Source of the DNA: Candidatus Bathyarchaeota archaeon
GTDB taxonomy: Archaea; Thermoproteota; Bathyarchaeia; Bathyarchaeales; Bathycorpusculaceae
Assembly: GCA_963772455.1 (NCBI GenBank)
Contig: CAVYXJ010000012.1
Span: 32,001 to 96,000 of the forward strand
Reading direction: 5' to 3'
Length of the DNA stretch: 64,000 bases
Position numbers and translations under genes: made by a program. The notes below the pieces were generated by a model that saw nothing but the letters and a program-made list of their open reading frames with translations, was not told where the DNA came from and did not search any database. Below, piece by piece: positions 51,884 to 62,114 of the stretch (position 1 is its first letter; the number at the start of each line of letters is the position of its first letter).

Positions 51884-52878
51884 TAACGTCGACCTCCAAA
51901 CATTCTACTTGGCGCTTTAATCAGTTCTTCAGTTCGAATTCTTTTGCCAGTGTGTTTCATGAAAACGTCATCTAATGAAGGAGAAGAAAAAGTTACAGAC
52001 GCAATCCGAATGTCGCTGCTATCTAAAGCCCGCACAATGTCAGCTATGAGCAAACCTGCATTTTTGGCATAAACCGTCAAGCATTCTTCTGAATCTAAAA
52101 TTTGATTGACATCATTGAGGCTCTTGATGAGTTCTTTTGCTCTTTCTTTGTCCTTTTCACAATTTTCAAGTGAAATCCTAATGGAATCGGCTCCAATTTC
52201 ACGTTTAAGTTCCAAAGGAGATCCGCTTGCAACTATTTTTCCAATATCAATAATCGAAAGCCGCTTACATAACTTGTCTGCTTCTTCAAGATACTGAGTT
52301 GTCAAGAAAATTGTAATGCCCTGTTCTTTGTTTAGTTTTTCCAAATAACTCCAAATCGCTGAACGCGACTGAGGATCCAAACCTGTTGTTGGTTCATCAA
52401 GAAACAAGATTTTAGGCTTATGAATAAGAGCTGTTGCCAAGTCAAGACGTTTTTTCATGCCACCAGAATAATTTCTAGCACGTTTTTCTGAAGCTGATTC
52501 AAGCCCCACAAGAACCAATAGCTCATCCACACGTTTCTTAATTTCATCTCCATTCATTTGATGGAAATGACCTTGAAGTGTAATGTTTTCTCTACCCGTT
52601 AAATCGCCATCAACAGTTGTTTCTTGACTCTGAACACCAATAATCTTACGTATTGCAGCAGCCTGTTTGTCAACATCATATCCTGCTATGTTAACTGTGC
52701 CTGATGTTTTTCTTAGAAGTGTAGTAAGAATTTTGATTGTGGTACTTTTTCCGGCTCCGTTTGGACCTAAGAACCCGAAAAATTCGCCTTCTGCTACGTT
52801 GAAAGAAACATCGTCAACGGCTTTGGTGCCATCAGAATATATTTCAACAAGATTCTTTACAGTTATTATGTCTGTCAT
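51880..52878 (-). CDS. DrrA-like ABC exporter ATPase
   Basis: GPNGAGKST, YSGGMKKR and DEPTTGLDP motifs. Confidence 0.93.
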   Translation of the reverse strand: MTDIITVKNLVEIYSDGTKAVDDVSFNVAEGEFFGFLGPNGAGKSTTIKILTTLLRKTSGTVNIAGYDVDKQAAAIRKIIGVQSQETTVDGDLTGRENITLQGHFHQMNGDEIKKRVDELLVLVGLESASEKRARNYSGGMKKRLDLATALIHKPKILFLDEPTTGLDPQSRSAIWSYLEKLNKEQGITIFLTTQYLEEADKLCKRLSIIDIGKIVASGSPLELKREIGADSIRISLENCEKDKERAKELIKSLNDVNQILDSEECLTVYAKNAGLLIADIVRALDSSDIRIASVTFSSPSLDDVFMKHTGKRIRTEELIKAPSRMFGGRRY

Positions 52879-53081
52879 TAACTGTCTAGAGTCAATTTTG
52901 CACTTAATAAAATAACTGTATGTAACTGCAATCTAACTACAACAGCAAGAAAGTATAATGATAACCAATTCCAAAATCTGTTTCTTCATATTTTCTACAC
53001 TAAGAAGATTTTCTCACCGTTCGCTTGAAAAAAAAAGGTTTTATTTCATATTTTACAATATAAGGTCTTGGCTATAGACTG

Positions 53082-53882
53082 ATGAAGAATTCTAAAGATA
53101 GTCAATACATGCCTGTTTTGTTTCTGGGACATGGCAGCCCAATGAATGCTATTGAAGAAAATGAATTCGTAACTGGATTCAGAGACATTGCAACAAAAAT
53201 ACCCAAGCCAAGAAAGATACTTTGCGTGTCAGCACATTGGGAAACAAATGGAGTATTTGTGACTGCAATGGATAAACCAAAAACAATTCATGACTTTTTT
53301 GGGTTTCCAAAAGAATTATATGAGGTCCAATATCCTGCACCTGGAAGCTCTGATTTGGCAAAAGAAATCGTAGGCATCATTTCAAAAACAAACGTAGGGT
53401 TGGATTATCAATGGGGACTCGACCATGGATGCTGGGTTGTGCTAAAACACATTTTTCCGGATGCTGACATACCCGTGGTTCAGATGAGTCTGGACTATAC
53501 TAAAAATGCGCAGTTTCATTATCAATTAGCAAAAGAACTTTCCTTACTTCGAAGAAAAGGAGTATTGATAATTGGAAGCGGAAATATGGTTCATAATTTA
53601 GGCATGATTTCATGGAATAATATTGATTGGCCCGAATTTGGTTTTGATTGGGCAATCGAAGCAAGTAATCGAATGAAAAAATTCATTCTTAACAATGAAC
53701 ATCAACAGTTAATAGACTACGAATCACAAGGCCGGAATTTTAAATTAGCAATTCCCACTCCAGAACATTACCTACCGCTACTCTACATGCTTGCACTAAA
53801 AAATGAGGAGGACAAAATAATGCTATTCAACGATAAACCATTCGCAGGATCAATAACTATGACCTCGTTAAAGATCAGTTGA
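53082..53882 (+). CDS. ygiD: 4,5-DOPA extradiol dioxygenase (LigB family)
   Basis: GHGSPMN, SAHW, DHG, GSGNMVHN and PEHYLP motifs. Confidence 0.92.
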   Translation: MKNSKDSQYMPVLFLGHGSPMNAIEENEFVTGFRDIATKIPKPRKILCVSAHWETNGVFVTAMDKPKTIHDFFGFPKELYEVQYPAPGSSDLAKEIVGIISKTNVGLDYQWGLDHGCWVVLKHIFPDADIPVVQMSLDYTKNAQFHYQLAKELSLLRRKGVLIIGSGNMVHNLGMISWNNIDWPEFGFDWAIEASNRMKKFILNNEHQQLIDYESQGRNFKLAIPTPEHYLPLLYMLALKNEEDKIMLFNDKPFAGSITMTSLKIS

Positions 53883-53974
53883 AACACTAAACCACCAAAG
53901 CACATACTACAAATCATATATGACAAATTATTAATGCAAGTTGACATGTAACAGGCACACATAGGGATTCGACC

Positions 53975-55777
53975 ATGACTGCTACGCTAACGTTTTATGG
54001 TGGGGTCAATGAAATCGGCGGCAACAAAATACTCCTCCAAACAAATGATGGTTCTGTTCTCTTAGATTTTGGCCGCAGAATGGGTGAATATGGCAAGTTC
54101 TTTTCAGAGTTCCTTGTAGCACGTTCAAAGAATGCTTTGCGGGATATGCTTAGGTTGGAGATTCTGCCTAAAATCGATGGAATCTATACACCACACTTGG
54201 TCGATATGACTCTGCTATTTGAGAGCCAGCATGTTAACGAAAAAGTTCCACTAGACAAAGCGCTAGATTATTGGAAAACCATAGATGTTTCCCCCTGCAA
54301 TCCCGAGCAACCATTAATTGATGGCGTTTTCGTTTCGCATGCTCATTTTGACCATATCCAAGATGTTAGTTTTCTTGATCCATGTATCCCAATTTACTGT
54401 ACAGAAAAAACCAAAGTTTTGGCAAAAGCAATGACTGACGTCTCTGTCTCTGGAATCGACGACCAATATTACAAAATCGCCAAGAAAGTCACAATTAGAA
54501 GTAAAGAAGAAAGTTTTAAGACCCTCTGTCCAGGTGAATTCGCTTGTATTGAAGATAAAGAAACCGAGCACCCAGTCGTTGAAGATCCTAAAACTAAATT
54601 CAAGTTCACGTATGATATTGTACCCTTGATTAGAAAATTTAACATTGCTAATGAAGGACAGATAAAAGGCATCAAATACAAGTTAATTCCAGTCGGTCAC
54701 TCTGTTCCAGGTGCCTGTTCGGTCTTGCTAACCCTTCCAGAAGGTAAACGTGTCCTCTATACTGGGGACATAAGGTTTCATGGTGTATGTGAAGTTTCGA
54801 TGGATGAATATGTTCGCTCGATTGACGGTACTGTAGATATTTTAATAATTGAAGGAACTCGAGTTGGCTCAAATGAAGTATTGACTGAGACTGATGTCGG
54901 AAAAGAGATAAGTGCTGACATTGAACGCTCTGCAGGATTAGTTCTCATTAACTTCGGTTGGAAAGATCTCACGCGATTTAAGACCATCTATCAAGCCACA
55001 AAAGAAAACGGCAGGATATTAGTAATTTCTCCAAAGTTAGCGTATCTTCTTTACGAAATGCACACCAATTTCCCTGCTGAATACCCCGACCCAAGAACTC
55101 AAACAAACCTCAAAGTCTACGTGAAGCGTGAAGGAGATCTTCTTTATTCAAAAGCAGATTATGAAAAATACAAAATGGGTTACCTCCACTATCATGGAAG
55201 AAACATTGCTCAGTCAGATCTTAATATTGTTCGTGTTGCAGAAAGGTTGGGAGTTGGCGGTGACCCAAACAATCCCAAGAATCCATTGCCATCCACAAGT
55301 GATGGAGAATTATACGATTATAATGAACTATATGGGTTAGCTATCCACCATTTGGAGAACGGCGTTAGAGCTTATCAGATTAGGCAAACCCCCTCTGAAT
55401 TCGTTTTGATGTTTTCGTATTGGGATGCAAACGAGCTCTTTGACGTAATCCCCCATGTAAGCAATCATAAGACGAGCTTTATTTCTGCATCAACTGAACC
55501 CTTTAACGAAGAAATGGAAATAGATGAAACAAAAATGTTGAATTGGCTAGATTTCTTCGAAATTTCTTATGATTATGACTTCAACGAGAAAGGGCAAAAA
55601 CAATTTACAAGAAGGCATGTTTCAGGACACGCTTCTAAAACAGAACTCAAAGAACTTATAGAGAGAATTAATCCAGCAAAAATTATTCCAATCCACACTA
55701 CCAATCTCAACGTATTTCAAGAATTATTTGGAGACAAAATCATTTACCCCAAGTACGGTCAACTCATCGAAGTGTAG
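53975..55777 (+). CDS. MBL-fold beta-CASP nuclease (RNase J-like), long form
   Basis: GGVNEIGGN, DFG, SHAHFDH, GHS, YTGD, HVSGH and PIH motifs. Confidence 0.88.
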   Translation: MTATLTFYGGVNEIGGNKILLQTNDGSVLLDFGRRMGEYGKFFSEFLVARSKNALRDMLRLEILPKIDGIYTPHLVDMTLLFESQHVNEKVPLDKALDYWKTIDVSPCNPEQPLIDGVFVSHAHFDHIQDVSFLDPCIPIYCTEKTKVLAKAMTDVSVSGIDDQYYKIAKKVTIRSKEESFKTLCPGEFACIEDKETEHPVVEDPKTKFKFTYDIVPLIRKFNIANEGQIKGIKYKLIPVGHSVPGACSVLLTLPEGKRVLYTGDIRFHGVCEVSMDEYVRSIDGTVDILIIEGTRVGSNEVLTETDVGKEISADIERSAGLVLINFGWKDLTRFKTIYQATKENGRILVISPKLAYLLYEMHTNFPAEYPDPRTQTNLKVYVKREGDLLYSKADYEKYKMGYLHYHGRNIAQSDLNIVRVAERLGVGGDPNNPKNPLPSTSDGELYDYNELYGLAIHHLENGVRAYQIRQTPSEFVLMFSYWDANELFDVIPHVSNHKTSFISASTEPFNEEMEIDETKMLNWLDFFEISYDYDFNEKGQKQFTRRHVSGHASKTELKELIERINPAKIIPIHTTNLNVFQELFGDKIIYPKYGQLIEV

Positions 55778-55819
55778 CGTCATTTTAAAGCGATCTCAGA
55801 GTTTCTCTCAAAACGAAAA

Positions 55820-56410
55820 TTGTTTATAGTCAAACAAAACATATGGCAATATAGTGGTTTAATGGTTAGAAAAAAAGGTGCCATCGCTAAGAACGTAAAT
55901 TCAAAAGATGAGAATATTTCTGGAAATGAAGGAATTCTTGAAGACAAAATAATTTATGCAATATCTAACACCAGCATAATTCTAATGAGCATGATGATGG
56001 GTGCATTCACACAAGTAATTGGATCCACCATGGGCGCCATGGCTTCAGGTATGGCAGAAGCTATAGGTGGAAAAGAAGCATCAGACAAAGTTGATAAAGA
56101 AATAAAAAAGGAACAACCTGAACTTGACGCGAAAATGAAATCAATGATTTCTGAAATAAGAAAAGATATTTACTCACAAATGAAACAAAAAAAGAAAGAG
56201 TTAGAACAGATTTTTTCTGATCCAACGTTTGCAGTTGGACCAAAAATTATCGAAAAATATAACTTTAATTTACCAATGCTTACTCAAGAATTGGACGATA
56301 ATGCCTTATCTCAGTATTCACAAATGCTTGTCAGTGAAGATGAATGTTTTGTGAAAATGTTCAAGGAACTTACTGAATGGATTAATTCCCTTCCCAAATC
56401 TAATGAGTAG
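55820..56410 (+). CDS. Helical hypothetical protein
   Basis: 196-aa ORF with a Met/Gly-rich segment; start uncertain. Confidence 0.65.
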   Translation: MFIVKQNIWQYSGLMVRKKGAIAKNVNSKDENISGNEGILEDKIIYAISNTSIILMSMMMGAFTQVIGSTMGAMASGMAEAIGGKEASDKVDKEIKKEQPELDAKMKSMISEIRKDIYSQMKQKKKELEQIFSDPTFAVGPKIIEKYNFNLPMLTQELDDNALSQYSQMLVSEDECFVKMFKELTEWINSLPKSNE

Positions 56411-56485
56411 GATAGTAGAAATATTCACTATGCCTACTGCGATGTAAGACTGTTTTAAACAACATTTTATAAGTAAAGTTAACTA

Positions 56486-56505
56486 CTCGCCTCGGAAGAG
56501 GCGAG
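56486..56505 (+). promoter_or_regulatory. Perfect hairpin just upstream of the DUF72 pair
   Basis: CTCGCCTC-GGAA-GAGGCGAG, 8 bp with GNRA loop, between TTTATAAG and the start codon. Confidence 0.55.
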
Positions 56506-56512
56506 ATGTGAA

Positions 56513-57433
56513 TTGTTACGTTTGCCTGAATACCTCATTGGAACAGGCGGTTGGGCTTATTTTAAAGTACCAAACAAGCCCTCCCTCAAAGCCTACTCTG
56601 AAGTATTCAACTTTGTAGAAGTGAATTACACTTTCTATCAGTATCCCAATATACGATTGGTTGAAGGATGGCGAAAAATTGTCCCTAAAGATTTTACTTT
56701 TTCGGTTCGGTGTCACCAAGACTTAACTCATCGGATTGGCTTGAAAGCCGTTGATGAAGCGCATAAAGTTTTTGAACAAATGTTAACTTACTGCAGAATT
56801 CTGGATTCACCGTTTCTTGTTTTGGAAACGCCTGCCAGTTATGTCCTTGACAACAGTAGCTTAAACGATGCTAAGGATTTTTTTGCTTCAGTTAGTTTTG
56901 AAGGAGTTAAGGTTGTTTGGGAAATAAGAGCCCCAATAATTGAGCAAGCAGTCGAGTTAATGAAAGATTTTAACATTATTCATTGCATTGATATTTCTAT
57001 TAACAAACCAATTGAATGGTCAGACATAGGTTATGCGAGGATTTTCGGTCAAGGTAAGCATAACCTTTGGCAATTCACCGACGAAGAACTACAAACAATC
57101 AACAAAAATGCGTCCGAAAGCAAAGCCAAAGTAGTTGCGTTGTCTTTCCACAGTGCAAGAATGATTAAAGACACCTTAAGGTTTAATCAATTTAAACTAA
57201 CGGGCAATTTCCCACAAGTAACTCCTTTCACGGGTTTGGATTCTGTAAGATCAATACTTTGTGAGGATGCAATTTTTCCATCTTCAAAGCAGACTTTGAT
57301 AAGTGATCAGGGCTGGAAAGTGTACGATGAGTCTTCTGAGAAGAGAATTCATCTGTCAGTATTGCTCTCTAAATTACCTGAGAAAACTTACTCCTCAATA
57401 GACGAAGTCATCAGAGCATTGGAGTCAAAATAA
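56513..57433 (+). CDS. DUF72 (YecE-like) protein with DUF2795-like C-terminal extension
   Basis: IGTGGW, VEVNYTFY and FTFSVR motifs; tail FPSSKQTLI...LPEKTYSSIDEV. Confidence 0.82.
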   Translation: MLRLPEYLIGTGGWAYFKVPNKPSLKAYSEVFNFVEVNYTFYQYPNIRLVEGWRKIVPKDFTFSVRCHQDLTHRIGLKAVDEAHKVFEQMLTYCRILDSPFLVLETPASYVLDNSSLNDAKDFFASVSFEGVKVVWEIRAPIIEQAVELMKDFNIIHCIDISINKPIEWSDIGYARIFGQGKHNLWQFTDEELQTINKNASESKAKVVALSFHSARMIKDTLRFNQFKLTGNFPQVTPFTGLDSVRSILCEDAIFPSSKQTLISDQGWKVYDESSEKRIHLSVLLSKLPEKTYSSIDEVIRALESK

Positions 57434-58251
57434 TGAGCGAATCAAATATTCATCTGGGAACCTCGGGTTGGAGCTATAAAGAGTGGGAAGGACCTTTCTA
57501 TCGGAGAGGTGAAAAAAGAAAACTCCGTGTATACTCAGGCGTTTTCAAAATCGTAGAAATAGACTCTACTTTTTATCGTAACCCTTCTAAGGGGACGGTA
57601 TTGGGCTGGCTGAAATACTCGCCTCCCGACTTCATGTTTACTGCAAAAATGCCCAAATTAATAACGCATGACAAACGCCTAGGTTTGAAAACCGACATCA
57701 AATCTGATTTAGATACTTATTTTGATTTAATGCGTCCATTACAGCTTGGTGGTAAACTGGGTTGTTTTCTGATTCAACTGCCCCCAAAATGCGACTGCAA
57801 CTATGACAATCTTGAATCTTTTTTTGGCTTGCTAGATCCCATGTTTAGGTACGCAATTGAGTTTCGCAATCTCTCCTGGTTAAAGGATGAAACTTGGGAG
57901 TTACTAAAAAAATACGATATTGCCTACACTATTGTTGACGAACCTCTATTGCCCCCGGAAGTTCATTTGACAACTGACTTTACGTATTTCCGTTGGCACG
58001 GCAAGGGAGAGAATACCTGGTTTGATTACAATTACGCAACAGAAGAACTGGACAGTTGGGCTCCTAAAATCTTGCAAACAAGCAAAAATGTAAAGAATGT
58101 AGTTGGATTCTTCAACAACCACTATCATGGATATGCTCCAGAAAACTGCTTATATATGCTTGAAAAACTCGGATTGCTGTCAGAGAGTCAGAAAAAAGCA
58201 AAGGATAAATTAAAAGTAAAGCAAATGCATTTGGGATCTTTTTTCAGCTGA
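57433..58251 (+). CDS. DUF72 (YecE-like) protein with C-terminal PIP box
   Basis: GTSGWSY, VEIDSTFY, QLPP, EFR, YFRWHG and FNNH motifs; ends QMHLGSFFS. Confidence 0.92.
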   Translation: MSESNIHLGTSGWSYKEWEGPFYRRGEKRKLRVYSGVFKIVEIDSTFYRNPSKGTVLGWLKYSPPDFMFTAKMPKLITHDKRLGLKTDIKSDLDTYFDLMRPLQLGGKLGCFLIQLPPKCDCNYDNLESFFGLLDPMFRYAIEFRNLSWLKDETWELLKKYDIAYTIVDEPLLPPEVHLTTDFTYFRWHGKGENTWFDYNYATEELDSWAPKILQTSKNVKNVVGFFNNHYHGYAPENCLYMLEKLGLLSESQKKAKDKLKVKQMHLGSFFS

Positions 58252-58380
58252 ATGCGAAGCCAAATATCGATTCGGAAACGTTAATACTTACAAAATTTTT
58301 GACAAAACAAATTTAACACTACCATGCATAAAGTGTTTTGACAACTCTTCCATTAAAAAGTTAGGTATTATTTTTATGGT

Positions 58381-58611
58381 CTAATGAGGCGGCAGCAAAT
58401 TCTTAGATACTATAAAATTGCCGATATCAAGTTGCAAATTCAAATTGTTCTGAGCTGTAAAATCAGCAAGAAGCTTGTATGCACTAACGTCAATTTCTTT
58501 TCTTTCAATATACAGAACAAGTCCGTCTTCAGAAGTGTCAAGCATTTTGAGATTAATGCCGCAGTTGGAAAGAATTTTTGTTTTGAATTTCATTGCTTCA
58601 GAAATATTCAT
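58381..58611 (-). CDS. Small hypothetical protein, probable paralogue of 21871-22092
   Basis: 76-aa ATG ORF. Confidence 0.65.
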   Translation of the reverse strand: MNISEAMKFKTKILSNCGINLKMLDTSEDGLVLYIERKEIDVSAYKLLADFTAQNNLNLQLDIGNFIVSKNLLPPH

Positions 58612-59006
58612 CGTAAATCATCTTCCAGACGGGCTGCATTAATGCTTGATTGAGTAATTGAACATTGCCATTAAAACATAATTATTGTAAGACAAAACAG
58701 AGAAACCTAATAGATTTATTGCATTATTTTATACTTACGATAATTAATCTAAACACAAAATCACTTGACTCTGATTAGTTGTTGAATAACCTTAATGGTT
58801 TTTTTAAAGTCTAAAGAATTAAGGTCAACATCAATTTTTAAAAATTATTCTGTGTAATGACTATAATTGTTATAATTATTGAGATTTAAGGTCTTCTTTT
58901 AGTTTAAATAAGTTTTTTAGGAGTTCAGTTGTATCAAACACCTAATAATGATAAGACTTAAAAGCAGTGGAAGGGAAATACCACTTACGCAACTGGAGAA
59001 CTGGCC

Positions 59007-59282
59007 TTGCAGTCTAAAAAATCAAAACTTGAACAGTATCTCGATGTCCTGAAAGTTTTAAGACATAACGGTCCATTAACACTTAATCAGATAATAAAAA
59101 AGGCGAGCCTCGAGAGCACCATTTTCAAAAATCATGTTGATTTTCTAATTAAACAAGGAATGATTGAAAAACAAGTTTTGAAATCAAACAATGTTGTTTT
59201 CTCAATCACTCAACGTGGTACAAATGTATTGGGGTATTTCAAAGATTTTGCTCAAATTCCACCTTTAATAGAAGACATTTGA
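59007..59282 (+). CDS. Winged-helix DNA-binding protein
   Basis: SKLEQYLDVLKVL...FLIKQGMI...FSITQRG; GGAG upstream. Confidence 0.85.
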   Translation: MQSKKSKLEQYLDVLKVLRHNGPLTLNQIIKKASLESTIFKNHVDFLIKQGMIEKQVLKSNNVVFSITQRGTNVLGYFKDFAQIPPLIEDI

Positions 59283-59368
59283 ATGCGAATCTTTAGCTCA
59301 AAAACAATTCGATACCATAGAAATGCAATTGCAGATAACCTTAAGAACACACAATTTCATTTTAAAGA

Positions 59369-60691
59369 ATGATGAAGACTCGATTTCTTGGATTCTCATT
59401 ATTTATAATATTGTTTTGTTCATTTTTACTAGGTGTCTTCCCTTCTGCAAGTGTTAAAGCCGAGACTATACCAGATGTCTTTGTAGGTATAGATCTAGCC
59501 TACGGTAATTTAGATCAGATTAAGCAGTGGGTTGATGAAGTAAGTTCGTACACTAACCTTTTTGTTTTGGGTTGCACTGGGGTCACTCAAAACAGGCTTG
59601 CGTTAGAAGAGGCATGTCAGTATCTTTTTGATAAAGGTATGTTTTTTATTGTTTACCAGGATTATCCTTTGGATTTTAGTTGGTTTTCAAAAGATCAATC
59701 GACTTGGCTATTAGAGGCTAAGGCTCGCTGGGGAAATCAATTCATGGGTTTTTACTATATGGATGAAGTTGGTGGGCGACAGTTAGATTTTGATCCTCAT
59801 TGGACAACTGTAAAAAAAGCAGATAACTACACTAACGCTAATACCATATTCAACAATAGGACAAGCCACGCGGTAGATTGGTTTAGAGATTCTTATGTTG
59901 GCGGAGAGAATGTTACTTTATTTATGTCAGATTATGCGTTTTACCATTTTGATTATCAGGCAGGATACGATGTGCTTTTAGCCCAATTTGGTTGGAACTA
60001 TAGCAGGCAGTTGAATGCTGCACTCTGCAGGGGTGCCGCAACAGCGCAAGAAAAAGAATGGGGAGTCATGATAACTTGGACATATCGGCAACCTCCGTAC
60101 ATAGAGTCCGGGCAAGAATTGTATAATGATCTTTTATTAGCCTATGATAGTGGAGCAAAATACATTTTGGTTTTCAACTCAAATAAAATGTATACAGACA
60201 ATATTCTAATGAAAGAACACTTAGATGCCTTAAAACAATTCTGGCAGTATTCTCAACATAACCCTCGAAAATCAAATCTAGTTAGCGATCGAACTGCTTA
60301 TGTTCTCCCTAAGGATTATGCGTACGGTTTTCGAGGTCCAGACGATAAGATTTGGGGATTATGGGAAGCTGACAATCTATCATCAACAATTAGCATTGAA
60401 CTTGGAAACTTAATTCAACAGTACAATTTCCAATTAGACATAGTCTACCAAGATGTTCTCGGACTTGGCAGAACCAACGAATACAAATCAATCATATATT
60501 CCAATATTTCATCTGTTTTGCCCCCAACTCCCCAAGGTACAACTTCAAAACAAAACACTGACGGAACTTCAACCCCCTACATTCTTTGCGTTTTAATAAT
60601 TATTTCAACAACTTTAGCAGTAGCAGTAGGTTCCAAACTTTATCTTAACAAATTAAACAAAAAAATTAATAAATTAGAAATTAGAAAATAA
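59369..60691 (+). CDS. Secreted, C-terminally anchored protein of unknown function
   Basis: Signal peptide, YMDEVGG, CRGAA and WGVMITW motifs, PT linker, TM and basic tail. Confidence 0.8.
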   Translation: MMKTRFLGFSLFIILFCSFLLGVFPSASVKAETIPDVFVGIDLAYGNLDQIKQWVDEVSSYTNLFVLGCTGVTQNRLALEEACQYLFDKGMFFIVYQDYPLDFSWFSKDQSTWLLEAKARWGNQFMGFYYMDEVGGRQLDFDPHWTTVKKADNYTNANTIFNNRTSHAVDWFRDSYVGGENVTLFMSDYAFYHFDYQAGYDVLLAQFGWNYSRQLNAALCRGAATAQEKEWGVMITWTYRQPPYIESGQELYNDLLLAYDSGAKYILVFNSNKMYTDNILMKEHLDALKQFWQYSQHNPRKSNLVSDRTAYVLPKDYAYGFRGPDDKIWGLWEADNLSSTISIELGNLIQQYNFQLDIVYQDVLGLGRTNEYKSIIYSNISSVLPPTPQGTTSKQNTDGTSTPYILCVLIIISTTLAVAVGSKLYLNKLNKKINKLEIRK

Positions 60692-62114
60692 TATTAAATT
60701 TTCTTTCCTTGTTGCCACTTATTTTTTTTGGAAAATAGTATGGTTGTAGTGGCGATAATTACGAGGACTAATAGAATTATTATTGATGGAACTTCTGAAA
60801 TAGTTGGTGTAGGGGTTGGATTTGTAGTGGGTGTGATGCTGGGTGACGATGTTGCTGTGGGACTTGGGATATTGGTTGGTATTATGGTTGGATTTGGGGT
60901 TGGAAGAGTAATGGGGTTGGTGTAGGAGTAGGGTTAGGTGTTGGTGACGCTGTGGGCGCAATAGCTGATGTGAGTAGATAGATTTTTCCATCTAGGGCAC
61001 AGATGTAAAGATTATTTTGTTCATCTACTCCGAACGAAGAAATATTTAGACCAGTAGTAATTAACAAGGTATTCACAGGTGTAGATACTCCGTCGTATTG
61101 AAGTGCCCAAATCTTGCCTGACCCGTAATCACCATAAATATATTTTAAGTAAAGATTTGCCAAAGTAGACCCACGGTATACGTAACCACCCACAACTGCT
61201 ATACCTTCTGAATGAGTATACTCCCATACAGGTAATTCAAGACCAACTTGACTTCCACTAGAGTATGTTAGTGAGCCTTCCATAATGTTCCAACCATAAT
61301 TCTTTGAAATCCTAACTAGGTCAATTTCTTCCATTAAGTTTTGTCCCACATCTCCAACCCACAGATTTCCAGTTGTTGAATCGAAACTAAATCGCCAAGG
61401 ATTCCGGAACCCGTAGGCGTAGATCTCTTCTTGATAACCCAAATTATTGCCTACATAGGGATTGTCGGGCGGTATGCTATAATTTCGGTTTTGGGAGGAC
61501 GAATCAACGTTGATGCGCAAGATTTTGCCCAGAAGTGTTGAGCGATTCTGTCCGTTTCCAAATGGGTCTCCTCCTGAGCCTCCATCTCCTAGTCCAATGT
61601 ACAGGTAACCATCTGGACCAAATGCAATTTGTCCACCTTTGTGGTTTGAAAAAGGTTGATTCACTTCAAGCAAAACATTTTCACTACTAACAAGTGCCTG
61701 ATTTGGATTGTTTTGAGAAACTTGATATCTTGCAATTACTGTTCGCAGGGGATTATTGGTGACGTAGTCAACATAGAAAAAACCGTTCTGAGAGTAATTT
61801 GGGTGAAAAGCAAGACCAAGGAGCCCTTGTTCGCCACCAAAAACAACTTTATTGGTTATATTGAGAAAAACAGTTGAATCTGCAGCTGTCTGAGAGTTTT
61901 CAAATACTCGAATGATTCCTGGTTGCTCAATCACAAAAAGCCTATTTGTATTATCTCCTGAATTCACTATTCCCACGGGCTGGTTAAATGTCAAGTTTGG
62001 AAAAGCAATCTGAATCAAATAATTAGTGTCTATTTGTCCTAAACTCTTGGGAGCACTCCAAGAAAAAAAAGCAACCAATAGAAAACCCAATATCAATATT
62101 ATGGTACATGACAT
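60674..62114 (-). CDS. PQQ-dependent glucose/sorbosone dehydrogenase family protein with Pro/Thr linker and membrane anchor (one base missing near 60915)
   Basis: EQGLLGLAFHP, NHKGG, GKILRI and GFRNPWR motifs; shifted frame continues PTPNPT...TISEVPSIIILLVLVII...KK. Confidence 0.88.

Noticed and set aside
60790-60960. Low-complexity GTTGG/GGT repeats
   Set aside because: Encode a Pro/Thr linker; not a DNA repeat array
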